NCBI GenBank assembly: GCA_010015585.1
Contig: ML975149.1
Strand: one strand, 5' to 3'
Length of the DNA stretch: 64,000 nt
DNA from: Eremomyces bilateralis CBS 781.70
Taxonomy: Eukaryota
Shown piece after piece: positions 25,032 to 36,196 of the stretch; within the stretch, counting starts at the first letter, position 1, and each line of letters starts with the position of its first letter. The notes beneath the pieces are model-generated. The model had not been told where the DNA came from. It saw nothing but the letters and a program-made list of their open reading frames with translations, and did no database searches. A program made the translations under genes and the position numbers.

Positions 25032-25867
25032 ATTGATCTCAGCCTGAATATCGACAATATCAGAATAGCATAGCACGGCGTTGCCAACATCCGATTTTTG
25101 ATATTTCGGCATCACAGCGTCCCTCCTCCCTAGTTAGTTCAATTACCGATTTTATGTAGGCTATGTATACCCATGATATCTTCGGGTCGAAAGAATTCCG
25201 CTCCGGCCTAATTACTCACGAACCGTGAATAGTTGTTGTACGCGGTGAGATTGGTATGACTCCTATCCTGCAACTTGTCGACGTCTCGTGGAGATATCCT
25301 GGGATAAATTCGGAGGATCGTTCCGTTACTCAGCATTCCCCTACATCTCACCCCCGAAATCAAGCTCGCCAACCTTTCGGTAGGGCGTGCATGACTGCGT
25401 CCTGCAGATCGCCAACACCACCTTTCCCAATCCCATCTCCATCACGAAAATGCCCCTCTGCCGCAATTCAATCCAGCAGTCACGGCATCACCGATCGCCC
25501 ACCGCCATCCGGCTTCCCGTTCCCCCTCCCCGCGGTCCGTTTCGCCGTGCTATCTCCAGTTTCTCCACCGTGAAAGAGTAGTGTCGGCGCGGGTCCGCTC
25601 GACACCCAATCAGCACGACGGATGGGGATCGAGACGTTTCGGTGCCGACGATCGGCAGTGGGGACTCCACTTGGGTGACTGGTCAGTTGCTTGATAAAAT
25701 CGAGGTCGGTCGTGTTCTTGCACATTGCATCTAGCTACGGTTTTACTCGTTTCTGGTCTTTGCGGAATTGTTGGGGGAGAGTATTAATTAGTCGCTGTTG
25801 TCGTTCAATGCGGGTTGATTGATTGCTGTGCGATACCTTGGTCGATCGCCTTGCTGCTCTCGAAGCC

Positions 25868-27577
25868 ATGATCGAGCCGACGGAGAAATTCGGTCGAGGA
25901 TCCGGGGATAATGCGGGAATAAACCCCCCTGGTTCGGCCATCAAAGATGTTGGCATGTCGGACGAGAAGAAGTTGGACGATGGCATCGCGTCAATCAAAG
26001 AAGAGCAAGGCACCCAAGACAACGGATCGGAGCAACCGATCGTATACCACTACCTCACCTTCGAGACCGATCTCCCCTTTCCACATCAACCCACCCCATC
26101 TCACGATGCACCCCCTCCCCCCAACCTCGCCCCCTTCGTCTCCCCCTTCCTATGGTCCCCCTCCCGCAAATACATCATCCTCACCATGTCCTGCCTCGCC
26201 ACCGGCCTCGCCGCCTTCAACGCCTCCTCCTATAGCCCCGCCCTGACCCAACTGACCGCCGAGTGGTCCATCAGCCCGGTCGCCGCCTACGTCGGGCTGA
26301 CCGTCTTCACCGCGGGCTTCGGCATCGCGCCGATGGTGCTCGCGCCCTTCTCGGAGATCAACGGGCGCAAACCCGTGTTCGTCGCGTCGGGTGTGCTGTT
26401 TGTTGCGAGTCAGATCTGGTGCGGGCGAACGGGGTCATTCGGGGGGATGTTAGCTGCGCGGTTCCTGGCGGGGGTGGGGGGGTCGACGTTCTCGACGATG
26501 GTGGGGGGAGTGGTGAGTGATATCTATCATGCAGAGGAGCGGAATACGGGGATGTCGTTGTTTTCGGGGGCGGCGTTGTTTGGGACAGGGTTCGGGCCGG
26601 TGGTGGGCGGTTGGATTGCGGAGAATACGACCTGGAGGTGGATTTTCTATGTACAGGCGATTGTGGATGGGGCGGTGATTATCGGGGTTATCATTGTGTT
26701 TAAGGAGACGAGGGGGAGTGTGTTGTTGAGCCGGAAGGCGGCGGCGTTGAATAAGTGGTATGCTGCGAGAGAAGGCGTTGGGCTCTACTACGTTTCGATG
26801 CCGTCCAACTCCGAACCTTCGATACGAATCCCACAGCGCATTCGATGGAAGGTCAAATCTGACGAAGAGCGCACCTCTATCCTCAAGATGATCTCCATCT
26901 CCCTCTACCGCCCCTTCCACCTCCTCACCACCGAACCAGTCGTCTTCTTCTTCGCCCTCTGGGTCGCCTTCGCCTGGGCGGTCCTCTACCTCACGCTCGC
27001 CGCCATCCCCCTCGTCTTCGCCACGAACCACGGCTTCTCCGTCGCCCAATGTGGCGCCGTCTTTACTTCCATGTGCGTCGGCTCTATCCTCTGCACGGTC
27101 CTTAGCATATATCAAGAAAAGCTCGCCAAGCGCTACGGGAAGATGCTCAACACACCCGAAGGCCGCCTCTATTTCAGCTGCGTCGAGTCAGCCCTCCTCC
27201 CCATCGGTCTGTTCATGTTTGGCTGGACCTCCTTCGCCTCCATCCACTGGATTGTCCCCACCATTGCCATCGGCCTCGCCACCATGGGCATCTTCTCGAT
27301 CTACCTCGCCGTGTTCAACTACCTCGCTGACACGTATCATCGGTACGCCAGCTCGGCGATCGCGGCGCAGAGTTTCTGTCGGAATATGCTAGGCGGCGCG
27401 TTCCCACTGATCACGGCGCAGATGTATAAGAAGCTGACGTACGGCGGCGCGTCGAGCTTCCTGGGCGGGTTCGCGGCGTTGTTGACGATCGTGCCATGGG
27501 TGCTCGTGTTTTGGGGTCCGAACATCCGAGCGAGGAGTAAGTTTGCGAGCGAGATTATGGAACATGCTTCGGCTTGA
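25868..27577 (+). CDS. MFS transporter, DHA1 family
   Basis: APFSEINGRKP, ARFLAGVGGS, DIYHAEERN, WRWIF, KETRG, PEGRL, NYLADTY; about 12 TM segments. Start may be the ATG at 25955. Confidence 0.9.
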   Translation: MIEPTEKFGRGSGDNAGINPPGSAIKDVGMSDEKKLDDGIASIKEEQGTQDNGSEQPIVYHYLTFETDLPFPHQPTPSHDAPPPPNLAPFVSPFLWSPSRKYIILTMSCLATGLAAFNASSYSPALTQLTAEWSISPVAAYVGLTVFTAGFGIAPMVLAPFSEINGRKPVFVASGVLFVASQIWCGRTGSFGGMLAARFLAGVGGSTFSTMVGGVVSDIYHAEERNTGMSLFSGAALFGTGFGPVVGGWIAENTTWRWIFYVQAIVDGAVIIGVIIVFKETRGSVLLSRKAAALNKWYAAREGVGLYYVSMPSNSEPSIRIPQRIRWKVKSDEERTSILKMISISLYRPFHLLTTEPVVFFFALWVAFAWAVLYLTLAAIPLVFATNHGFSVAQCGAVFTSMCVGSILCTVLSIYQEKLAKRYGKMLNTPEGRLYFSCVESALLPIGLFMFGWTSFASIHWIVPTIAIGLATMGIFSIYLAVFNYLADTYHRYASSAIAAQSFCRNMLGGAFPLITAQMYKKLTYGGASSFLGGFAALLTIVPWVLVFWGPNIRARSKFASEIMEHASA

Positions 27578-28179
27578 GATCTGCATAAAGAGGTTGGATT
27601 AGTTGAATACATCATATTTTTAATATATTTATTTTGATCGTTCCCTTGGTCCATCATCTTCCGTCATACACCGGGTTAGGCTTTTGCTTCTTTGATCTTG
27701 ACTGTCAGCAACCCCACTTTGATACATGAAGGGCGCATATATGGGAAGGTCTGGGGTGTCGCACCGATTTGTCCCCGTTGTTGACCGACCAACTTTTCTT
27801 GCCTTGCCTTTTCTGCCTAGTCCCAATACAGTTAGTGCCACTATTCCCACACTTCAATATGGACCATGACATATATCTCGATGCGTCCTTGCTTTTCTTC
27901 TCCTTCCACAACCACTGACCAGTGTGCCCAAAGCAGGCTTTGAGCTACGCTGGTCCTTAGGCAAGATCTCATGCCAACTTCAACGTTACCGCTCTAAAAT
28001 CCATTGCCAGTGCTCAACCTGCTATACCAGATGGAGTACTGATCTCTTGTCTACTGATCGTGTGAAGCTCAAACTTTGGGACCACGCCTAGTCCTTTCAA
28101 CCCCTCTCATCGTGCCCCTGGCACTCCACTGTCCTCTGGTGAAGGGAACTACCCTCATCTCATCTTTTTTATTTGTCGT

Positions 28180-31100
28180 TCCGTCTTGTGTCCAATCCTT
28201 ACATAGAAGGGCCCTTTGGCAGCCAAAAACTGCAATGGTAATGATATTTTTTAAACCTGCCGGCATGACACCCGCATTGCCTTCAGTCTATCATGCCTAT
28301 CCGCTATCTTCTTAGCCTACAGCCTGCCTCATGCGATCTCTGGAGGAAGAGAGCGTGCTTCATCGATGTGGCTGTCAGGAACTGAACTTGAACCACGGCA
28401 GGCAAACGACTCCCTGCTCAAGCATATAAATACTTCTCCCTACGTCTATGCCTCTACTTTCTTTCCTTCTTCTACGTCCAGTGCTTCAGAAGACAGCCGT
28501 GCCTGACAACACGAGTGGAACCTCGTGCTATCGCCAGCGAGGAAGTTCGCTTAGGAATCGTATTCCGCAATACCCGTGTCCAAAGCCTTCTGAAGCGAAC
28601 TACTCGCAGTGCAACTGCAAATGGCAAGGAAACCTTTGGAAACATCGGCTTGACACTAATATCTCACTACCTTCGGTCCATTATGCTTATGCTACACCTT
28701 TTCATTCATTGGCCCACCTTCCGCGGGCATTGAAGGGAGCTGGATTTCTGCTATGTTCTATCTATTATACTGCCTGTTTGCTACTTGAAAACAGGAATGT
28801 GGGAGACTCGAGTCGCAGCACACGCTTAAAGAAACCCCTTGCCGTGCCCCTATCTCTAGATCTTGTCATTGTTCTCGATCTTTCCTGTGAGCTATCTTCA
28901 GGGAGGCAGCTTGCAGCAGGCACCCTCGTCATACCACCACAAAAGTAGTCATTAGAATCCATGATAGCCTCGTCCAAGGGCTTTACTGCCAAACCTGTTG
29001 TGATCTGGCTGCTATGATGATACATGTTTGAAACCACATGCCACTGATATCTCGCTACATTGAGTCCGTTCTACACATGTTTTCATTCACTGCTTCAACT
29101 TTGTGTGGGTAGTGAAGGAATAGGGTGCCCTCTATGGATACGGGTCAGTTAACGCATTCCCATTTCATTCCCTGACATAATTACTTAGATTTCACTCTGT
29201 GTGGAAAGAGGCCCGAGCACTTGCGCGCATCCTCGCGCGAGCATAAATCGCACTTCTTCCCACTCATTATCTCTTCTCTCTTTCCTTCTTCTTCATCCCA
29301 CGAGAAAGGAACCACGACATACGGTGGGGTGGAGAGTCATGTTTGAACCACTGCCGTCCCTGTGTGAATACTCGTACTATCACCAGCTCGGAAGCAAGTC
29401 ATGGCGATTCTATTTCGAACCAAAACTTCCACTGAGGGGGGACTCTGTGGCGTCAAATGAGAACGTTCAATCGCTTAACCGGGTATTTGAGCAGCAAATC
29501 TGCGAATATAATCCCTTGACGGGGTTTTTTGGGCTACAAATCTCCAGCTGCAAAGAGGTGGTGAAGTTTTTGAGAAGAAGGGGATGGCACCGATATATTC
29601 ACTGTGTTTGATCTGTCGTCCTTACTGTTTCTTTTCTTTTCCTGCTTACACCTTGTGTGGGCGTTGAGGGAAGAGATCGTTGGCTACCTGTTATCACATC
29701 CCTAGATTCCCGTTGTACTTGCTACACACTACATTTTTCCTAGCGTGGAAATGAATCACACGTGAAATGAATCATGGCGTCTACTTAAAGCACTTTTTTC
29801 CACTTCTTCCCTCTCTCCTCTTTCTTTCTTCATATTCCCGCAGGCTAGGACGCGATCCTCAGCTCGGGGAGCCGGCCAGTTGGAACCACAGAGGGACCCC
29901 GGCCCGAATGTCCTCGTGGTTATCACCAGCTAGGAATTTCATAGCCGGGGAAAACCAATCGTCCAATTTCTGAACAGGGAGTCTTGTGGCTTCTAGTGCC
30001 CCCGAGGGCGAAATGTCTTCCTCGCGGTATGGAACCTCCGACGGTGATAAAAATCTTTGAAGCCAAGGACATGACACATATACTCTCACTATCTTCAGTC
30101 GTTGTCCCTACAATATCTTTTCACTCTCTGGTCTGCCTTGTATGGGCATCGAGGGAAGAGAGTCTCACTACCACCATCGGCTGCTAGACACCGTTCCGTT
30201 GACTGACTGATTGTAGCTTTAGTGGTCTCAAACATCCACAGCCCGTGATTGTCTCCCAAGCTTGCAAAGTTGTTCTTCTCGCCCTATCCTCCACTTTGTT
30301 GTCTTCTTCTACCTCACGAGAAGTCTGGCCCTTGTTGGATATCAACCATCCTCTCTAGAGGTTGGGAGTCAGGCGACATCCCAATACGGCTAGTATCGTA
30401 TGAAGTCACCTCCTATTCCTCCGGTTCTCCCATACTCCTAGATAGATCAATCACGTATTCATACTTCTACAGCCCTCAGCTTCATTGTCGATGAGCTACA
30501 CAACATGGATGCTCTCATCCGTAGTACAAGCGAGGACCCCCCTGACCGTGGTAGCTTTATCCACTTTCTAAGGTCATTTTGGCAGCCAAACCAAGAGCGA
30601 GCACATTCAGTTCCTGAGCCAGGTATTTTGGAAGGCAATAGAAACCTTGCAAGCGGTGATCAAATTTTGAAACCCACGGCATGACACTGATATCTTCCCT
30701 GACTTCAGTCGGCCGTCCTTACAATCTATACTTTTCAGTCTATAGTCCGCCTTGTGTGAGCTTCGGAGGAAGGGAGCAGTACCGAGATAGCGGGAATCGG
30801 TTCGCTGATGCCAGTTGTTTTGATTGAGTGCAGTGCCTACGTGCTTGTTGTCACAGAATATCTGTATTTCTTGGCGTTTCCCCACGGCTTCATTCCGTAT
30901 TCAATTCTATACCCCTATTCTTTCCCTTTATAGGGAATAGATCACCATTGTAAACCATATAAAGTAGCTGCAGGAACAGCCTGTTTTCGTACGGTTCCTG
31001 TTGGAAAGGCCTGGCGGAAGTTTGTGTTTCCAGAATAGTCTGGCATACCTTTGTACTAAGAAGAAAGAACACGGCAGTGTTAGGAACGCCTTTAAGACCG

Positions 31101-32090
31101 TGGTTACTCTGTATTCTAATCTTGCTTTTCTATAGCTATCTCAATCTAAATGAGTTTGGTTCGGAGAAGCTTATGGTCCGTTAGTTCAACAGTTCCTGCT
31201 CTTCAGGATCAAGATCAATCTATCTACGCTCTTTTGGAATCTAACGGTGTTTTCCCACTGTGTCGCTGCATTAATCACCTGATTGAGCGAAACCGCTATT
31301 TATCTCACACTTGTCTGCGTAGAGAAAGTCATATCACGTGAGTGTTGCCCATCTTGCGCACACATCCACTTTTCTCAATGTCTACAGCTCTGCTTCTTCT
31401 CCTTCTCCTTCTTCTCCATCTACATCTACCCCAAGGAAGTTGGCCCGGGTGCCTATCCCTAATACCAGAGGGACACTCTCATGGAGTATCACCAGCGAGC
31501 AAGCCCTGACCAGATGTAACCTTGTCCAACCCCTGAGAATGGGCTTTGAGCCACCAGAAGCGCTCTGGAACGGTGACGAAAAATTTTGTAACCAGCGGCA
31601 TGACACTGATCCCTTCAATGCCTTCACTCCGTCGTGCCCACTATTTATTTTCAGCCTACAGCCAGCCTTGTGTAGGATTTGGAAGGGAGTGCCCCCTTCC
31701 GCATGCCTATCATCAGTGGATGGGTATCCCGTTCTTTGAGCGCGTTGTCGTAGAACTGTGGGAAACAATTATCATGGTGTATGTGTGGAAGCGCTCAGCA
31801 TCAAACCCATCTTCCATTTTCTCTTCGCTTCTTTTCCTCTTCCTGTATCATCATAACCGGTCCGTCGTTTGGCGACCATGTGGGACACCCTCGTTTTGAC
31901 ACCAACTAGGAAGCCTCGTTTGGATGCACTGTCCAATGCCTCGATTGGAATTCTGCAATTGAAACAATGTGCAAATGGTGGCACAACTTTGGCATGGCAT
32001 GACGGTGATACTGCACTATTTTCAGTTCGTCGTGCCCAAATCTTTTCATTCACAGTTCACCTTGTGTGGGCATTGGAGGAAGAGATTATC
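28180..32090. repeat. Degenerate direct-repeat array, about 8 units of 385-900 bp
   Basis: Blocks GTCCAA...GGTGA-A/T-TTTGAA...GGCATGACACTGATATC...TTTTCA...CCTTGTGTGGGCATTG(A/G)AGGAAGAG recur in the same order eight times. Confidence 0.75.
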
Positions 32091-32369
32091 TCTGGAAAGT
32101 TTGAGGTTGGTCCTTTACGGGAAGATTGATTGCCGTTCACTTTTGACCGTTAAAAGTCATCTTTCCCTCCATCCAGCTTCGCCACGAAATCACCAATATC
32201 GATGGCTCTACCGGTGTGAGTTCCATGTTCCATCCCACACTGGATGTTACATAGCCATTCCTTTGTCCTACCACCACCTGTGGACATTCCTTCACTTCAA
32301 CAAAACTCTCCACCGCGCCCATCACTCTTTCTGGGACAGGAATGAGCACTATCTACTTATCCCCTATCA

Positions 32370-32855
32370 ATGGCTGGTTTTCCAATGGAACGGCTTCCTC
32401 AGGAGTGAGTACGGCCTTGGTTATCGTTCGTGCCATTTGTCATCGTACTGATATTCCATAGAGTCGCTGACCCTCTCACATTCAAGCGCCTCTCCAGGGT
32501 CATATTTGGAGAAACTCAATGTTTCCTCTGGGATTTCGAACGTTATGTGGACACAGCATTCCGACTGAACACCGACCAGTCGCTGAACGAGATGCTCGTT
32601 ATCTCATCTCCTACCATCGATCCTATCGAGCGCTCTCCTACCCCCCTGACTGTGACATCTCCTCGTTCACTGCCAATTACATCCCCCGTTCCCCCGTCGA
32701 TCACGCCTCCACGAACGATCACTCCTTCGATCATAGATCCGGCCGAGCACATGCCCGAGCGACGAGACCGAAAACATCCGAGTCTTCGAAAGTCGATCAA
32801 GAAACTGTTTAGCTTTCGAAGGAAAGATCGTCGACTCTCCAACCCTTTCTTCTAG
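32370..32855 (+). CDS. Small hypothetical protein with F-box-like N-terminus (exons 32370-32404, 32462-32855)
   Basis: Intron GTGAGT..CTGAT..TAG gives MAGFPMERLPQE|VADPLTFKRLSRV..., then a P/S/T-rich middle and a basic tail SLRKSIKKLFSFRRK. Confidence 0.4.
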
Positions 32856-34443
32856 TCCGAAGATCCATGTTCTTGCTGCGAATGTTGGGCATCCGTAGCA
32901 GGAACGTTGGGTCGAGTCTCGGCAGGAAGATGGACACGGCCCAGGAAATCTTTATCTCAAGCTGAAAGATTTTATGGCGCCGTTCGTCATCATGTTGGTA
33001 TGGCCCAGCATCATATGCAGGTTCCGCAGTACTGATGATTCGAAATTAGGTGAAGAGGGAGGTGGTTTCTGCGACGGCGTCTGGGCTCTTGATTCACTAC
33101 CATCCTTTGAACTGCAGAGCTCTCTGTGATGGGCAACTGAACATCAATTTCACTAAGGGGATGTTCGCTTTGACGCTCGATTGAAGCGCTTTCGTGTATA
33201 TATCATTCGGAAGAATAAAGATCCCTCAACCCATTGCATCAACTATAACGTTTCTAATTGATTCAATGTCAGCATCCGTAGTAGAATTGCTAAATTTTCT
33301 TTATTAGTTAGTTCATGCCGTTAAACTCTGCCACTTGGCCATCATTCCGTAATCCAATTCATACATTCTGGTCTTCATTGCCCATCTCTCTCGTATATAG
33401 CTGTTTTGAAAGCAACCGCATATCGTAACCTTATATAGCCAAGAATATTCCGTTTAATAGATGTCGAATAGGGAAACCAGTGTTGAATTCCAGAACTCTA
33501 CTGTCTCTCTACCAGCATCATTCATTTAAGGAGTTGAGGGCTCGCGGAGGAATCGATCCACAATTGGCCACAATTCACACTTTCAGAAGACATAGGAGGT
33601 CATGTGAAAGGTATCTCTAGTGTTATGTCTGCATGTGTGGCTGCAATAGAATTCACCATCACTTGTTGACCTTCCAGTTTGTTCACACCCCCTTTTCTTC
33701 CTCTCCTCAACTTCTTCTCATAAACAACACACATCAAACTAGAATGTCTTCATCAAGCATCACCAACACTACCACCCTTGCTGAAGAAGACTCGTTTGCC
33801 TTCGGACAACCTCAATCATGGGCCGAGAAAACCCAGAAACGCGCTTACAGACTCATAAGGGGATGAGGAGGATGAGGGGGAGATGCTCATCGAGGAGGAG
33901 TGGGAGAAGGAGTTGGTAGAGGAGGAAGAGGAAGGGGAAGAGGAAGAAGAACCTGGGGCTGGCCACCCTTTCGAATCATATCCTCAGGGCCAAGGTAAGC
34001 AGCAGCCCATTATCAAATAGACAGGATAACAGTCTTGCTTGTCGATTGGCAGGCCTCGAGGAGCAGGTTGATGCCTTCGCGGTGGAGCTGGATACTGCGT
34101 TCCAGGGGCCATTTACCGGAGTGGAAGGTTTCTCCGCGGCGTGTCAAAGCCAGGGAGAGGGGGTGTCAGAGATTGTTCAAATCGGCAAGCGCCGATCCAC
34201 GCGGTTCTCCGGTCTGTGAAAACTGAGAGCCACCATCAAGCAGGTCTTTACGATCCGCCGTGGTTCCTAAATACGCTGATAGTCTTGCCTGGTACTCTGA
34301 TATGGGTGAGTAGTGGTGGGGGGGGAAGAAGGGAAAGGAACATAGTTGTTTGTCGAAGTCGAAACACATTGCGGATGCTGAGAGGCGGATCATCTGTTGT
34401 AGTTGCTCGTGAGCTAGCTTCAAACCGGGGGGGGGGGGGGGGG

Positions 34444-34678
34444 NNNNNNNNNNNNNNNNNNNNNNNNNNNNNNNNNNNNNNNNNNNNNNNNNNNNNNNNN
34501 NNNNNNNNNNNNNNNNNNNNNNNNNNNNNNNNNNNNNNNNNNNNNNNNNNNNNNNNNNNNNNNNNNNNNNNNNNNNNNNNNNNNNNNNNNNNNNNNNNNN
34601 NNNNNNNNNNNNNNNNNNNNNNNNNNNNNNNNNNNNNNNNNNNNNNNNNNNNNNNNNNNNNNNNNNNNNNNNNNNNNN
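34444..34678. other. Assembly gap (N run) preceded by poly-G
   Basis: 235 N characters; G homopolymer at 34427-34443. Confidence 1.
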
Positions 34679-34680
34679 AG

Positions 34681-34773
34681 GAGAAGGAGCAGAGAAGGAG
34701 AAGGAGCAGAGAAGGAGAAGGAGCAGAGAAGGAGAAGGAGCAGAGAAGGAGAAGGAGCAGAGAAGGAGAAGGA
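34681..34773. repeat. 17-bp purine-rich minisatellite (GAGAAGGAGCAGAGAAG), more than 5 copies, running into the gap
   Basis: Perfect tandem copies are directly visible. Confidence 0.95.
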
Positions 34774-36196
34774 ACACGATGCATCAAACCGTGGCGAGGA
34801 TCACAGGCAGCATTGGTCTTCGCAAGCTAGCTTCAATCCGGAGGATCTGTGACCTCAGCACCGCTCTAGGGAATGGGCAGGTTCATTCAGGGCGGGCGAA
34901 ACTTGCAATTCATGCCGCTGTGGGAGTCTAGTAGGAGAGGAGTGGGATCCCCCCGCGCGTCGTCGCTGAGATGATACTGGTGGACGGCGGGAAAAGGCGT
35001 GTCTCCTGGACAAAGGAGTTTGTGTCTCCTGGACAGCGGAGCTAATATCTCTGGATTTAAGATGAAGCTAGATATTCGAAACCAAACCCTCGAGTCTTGC
35101 ATTGGAACGACACCCATCACTGGCTTCAGAGCACTCCCAAAGTTCGTTGACAACACCTTTTCAAAACTGCCTTTGTTGGCACCACCCGCCTTTGCAAATT
35201 ACCTTTCGACAGACAGCATCACCCATCGGTGCATTTGGATGAGGTTGAAATGAGGTTTGACAGGGATTGGCCTTGGCTCAGGGGTTGTCCCCATGTTTTC
35301 CTTGCAGCCTCAGGCGCCAACACTTGAACATCACCAGCAATCCCCAGCCTTCCTGGAGCACTACGCTCTACACGATCAATTACTGGAGCTAGATATGAGA
35401 ATATGAATGATTAGGCCATTGAAAATCTCGGTCACTCCAGCGGAAAATTGAAAAATAAGCATTAGTGCGTCGATTCCGGTGAGTGACAGGGCCACATATT
35501 TGTACGAATCGGATCGACGGGCTTGTTGTGCTGCGCTGACCGCCTTCGAGACCGGCAGACCGAACATTCTCCTAACATTACCCCGACTACAGCCTGAGTG
35601 CTCCCTGATAGGGTAGCTATGTCCAGCTTATGCCTAGAATTCATGCATGAGAACAAGAACACCAACTTTGTGGAATGTGGCCTTACTCCCGGATTTATCA
35701 TGATCGCGAATTCATCGCGATTCTTGCCTTGTTTGGATGCCTGTGACTGTTTGAGGCCTGGGTAGATGTCTGGCACTAGTGAGCATTGCCGCTCAATATC
35801 ATTGAGAGAATCGGCATTAAGCGATTCCCCGTCTCATCCGCAAAGCTGCAAACAGACCAGGCATTCTAGATCACCTTTTGGCCCCCATTTAACCGGCTTA
35901 CAGCTGACAGCTGCAATACCTTCCATGTTACTCCGTACAGAGCTTCGATACCTATCATTCGTCCGCCCTCACACCATGATATCTACGATGTTTCATTTGG
36001 CAATTCCAGCAAACAAGGATGGGAAGGTCCTTCGAACAACTCGGACCAGGGAGCAGACTAGTGGGGAACATCTCGAATTCCCCATACATATGGCAAATCC
36101 ACATCTGCAGGATCCAATTTATTTAAATGGTCAGCATGTCCCCTTCTGCAGGTCGCATTTTTCGCCACCTTTTCACCTGGTTCATCTGAGTCCACA

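Noticed and set aside
28180..32090. CRISPR-like interpretation of the array
   Set aside because: Eukaryotic context, highly diverged repeats, spacers of hundreds of bp and no cas genes.
33743..34430. Acidic ORF fragments and a stop-interrupted minus-strand frame next to the gap
   Set aside because: Frames are broken and low-complexity with no recognisable family, so no gene model can be supported.
34999..35253. LLDSGA motif resembling a retrotransposon aspartic protease
   Set aside because: Isolated motif in a short ORF, with no recognisable gag, RT, integrase or LTR nearby.
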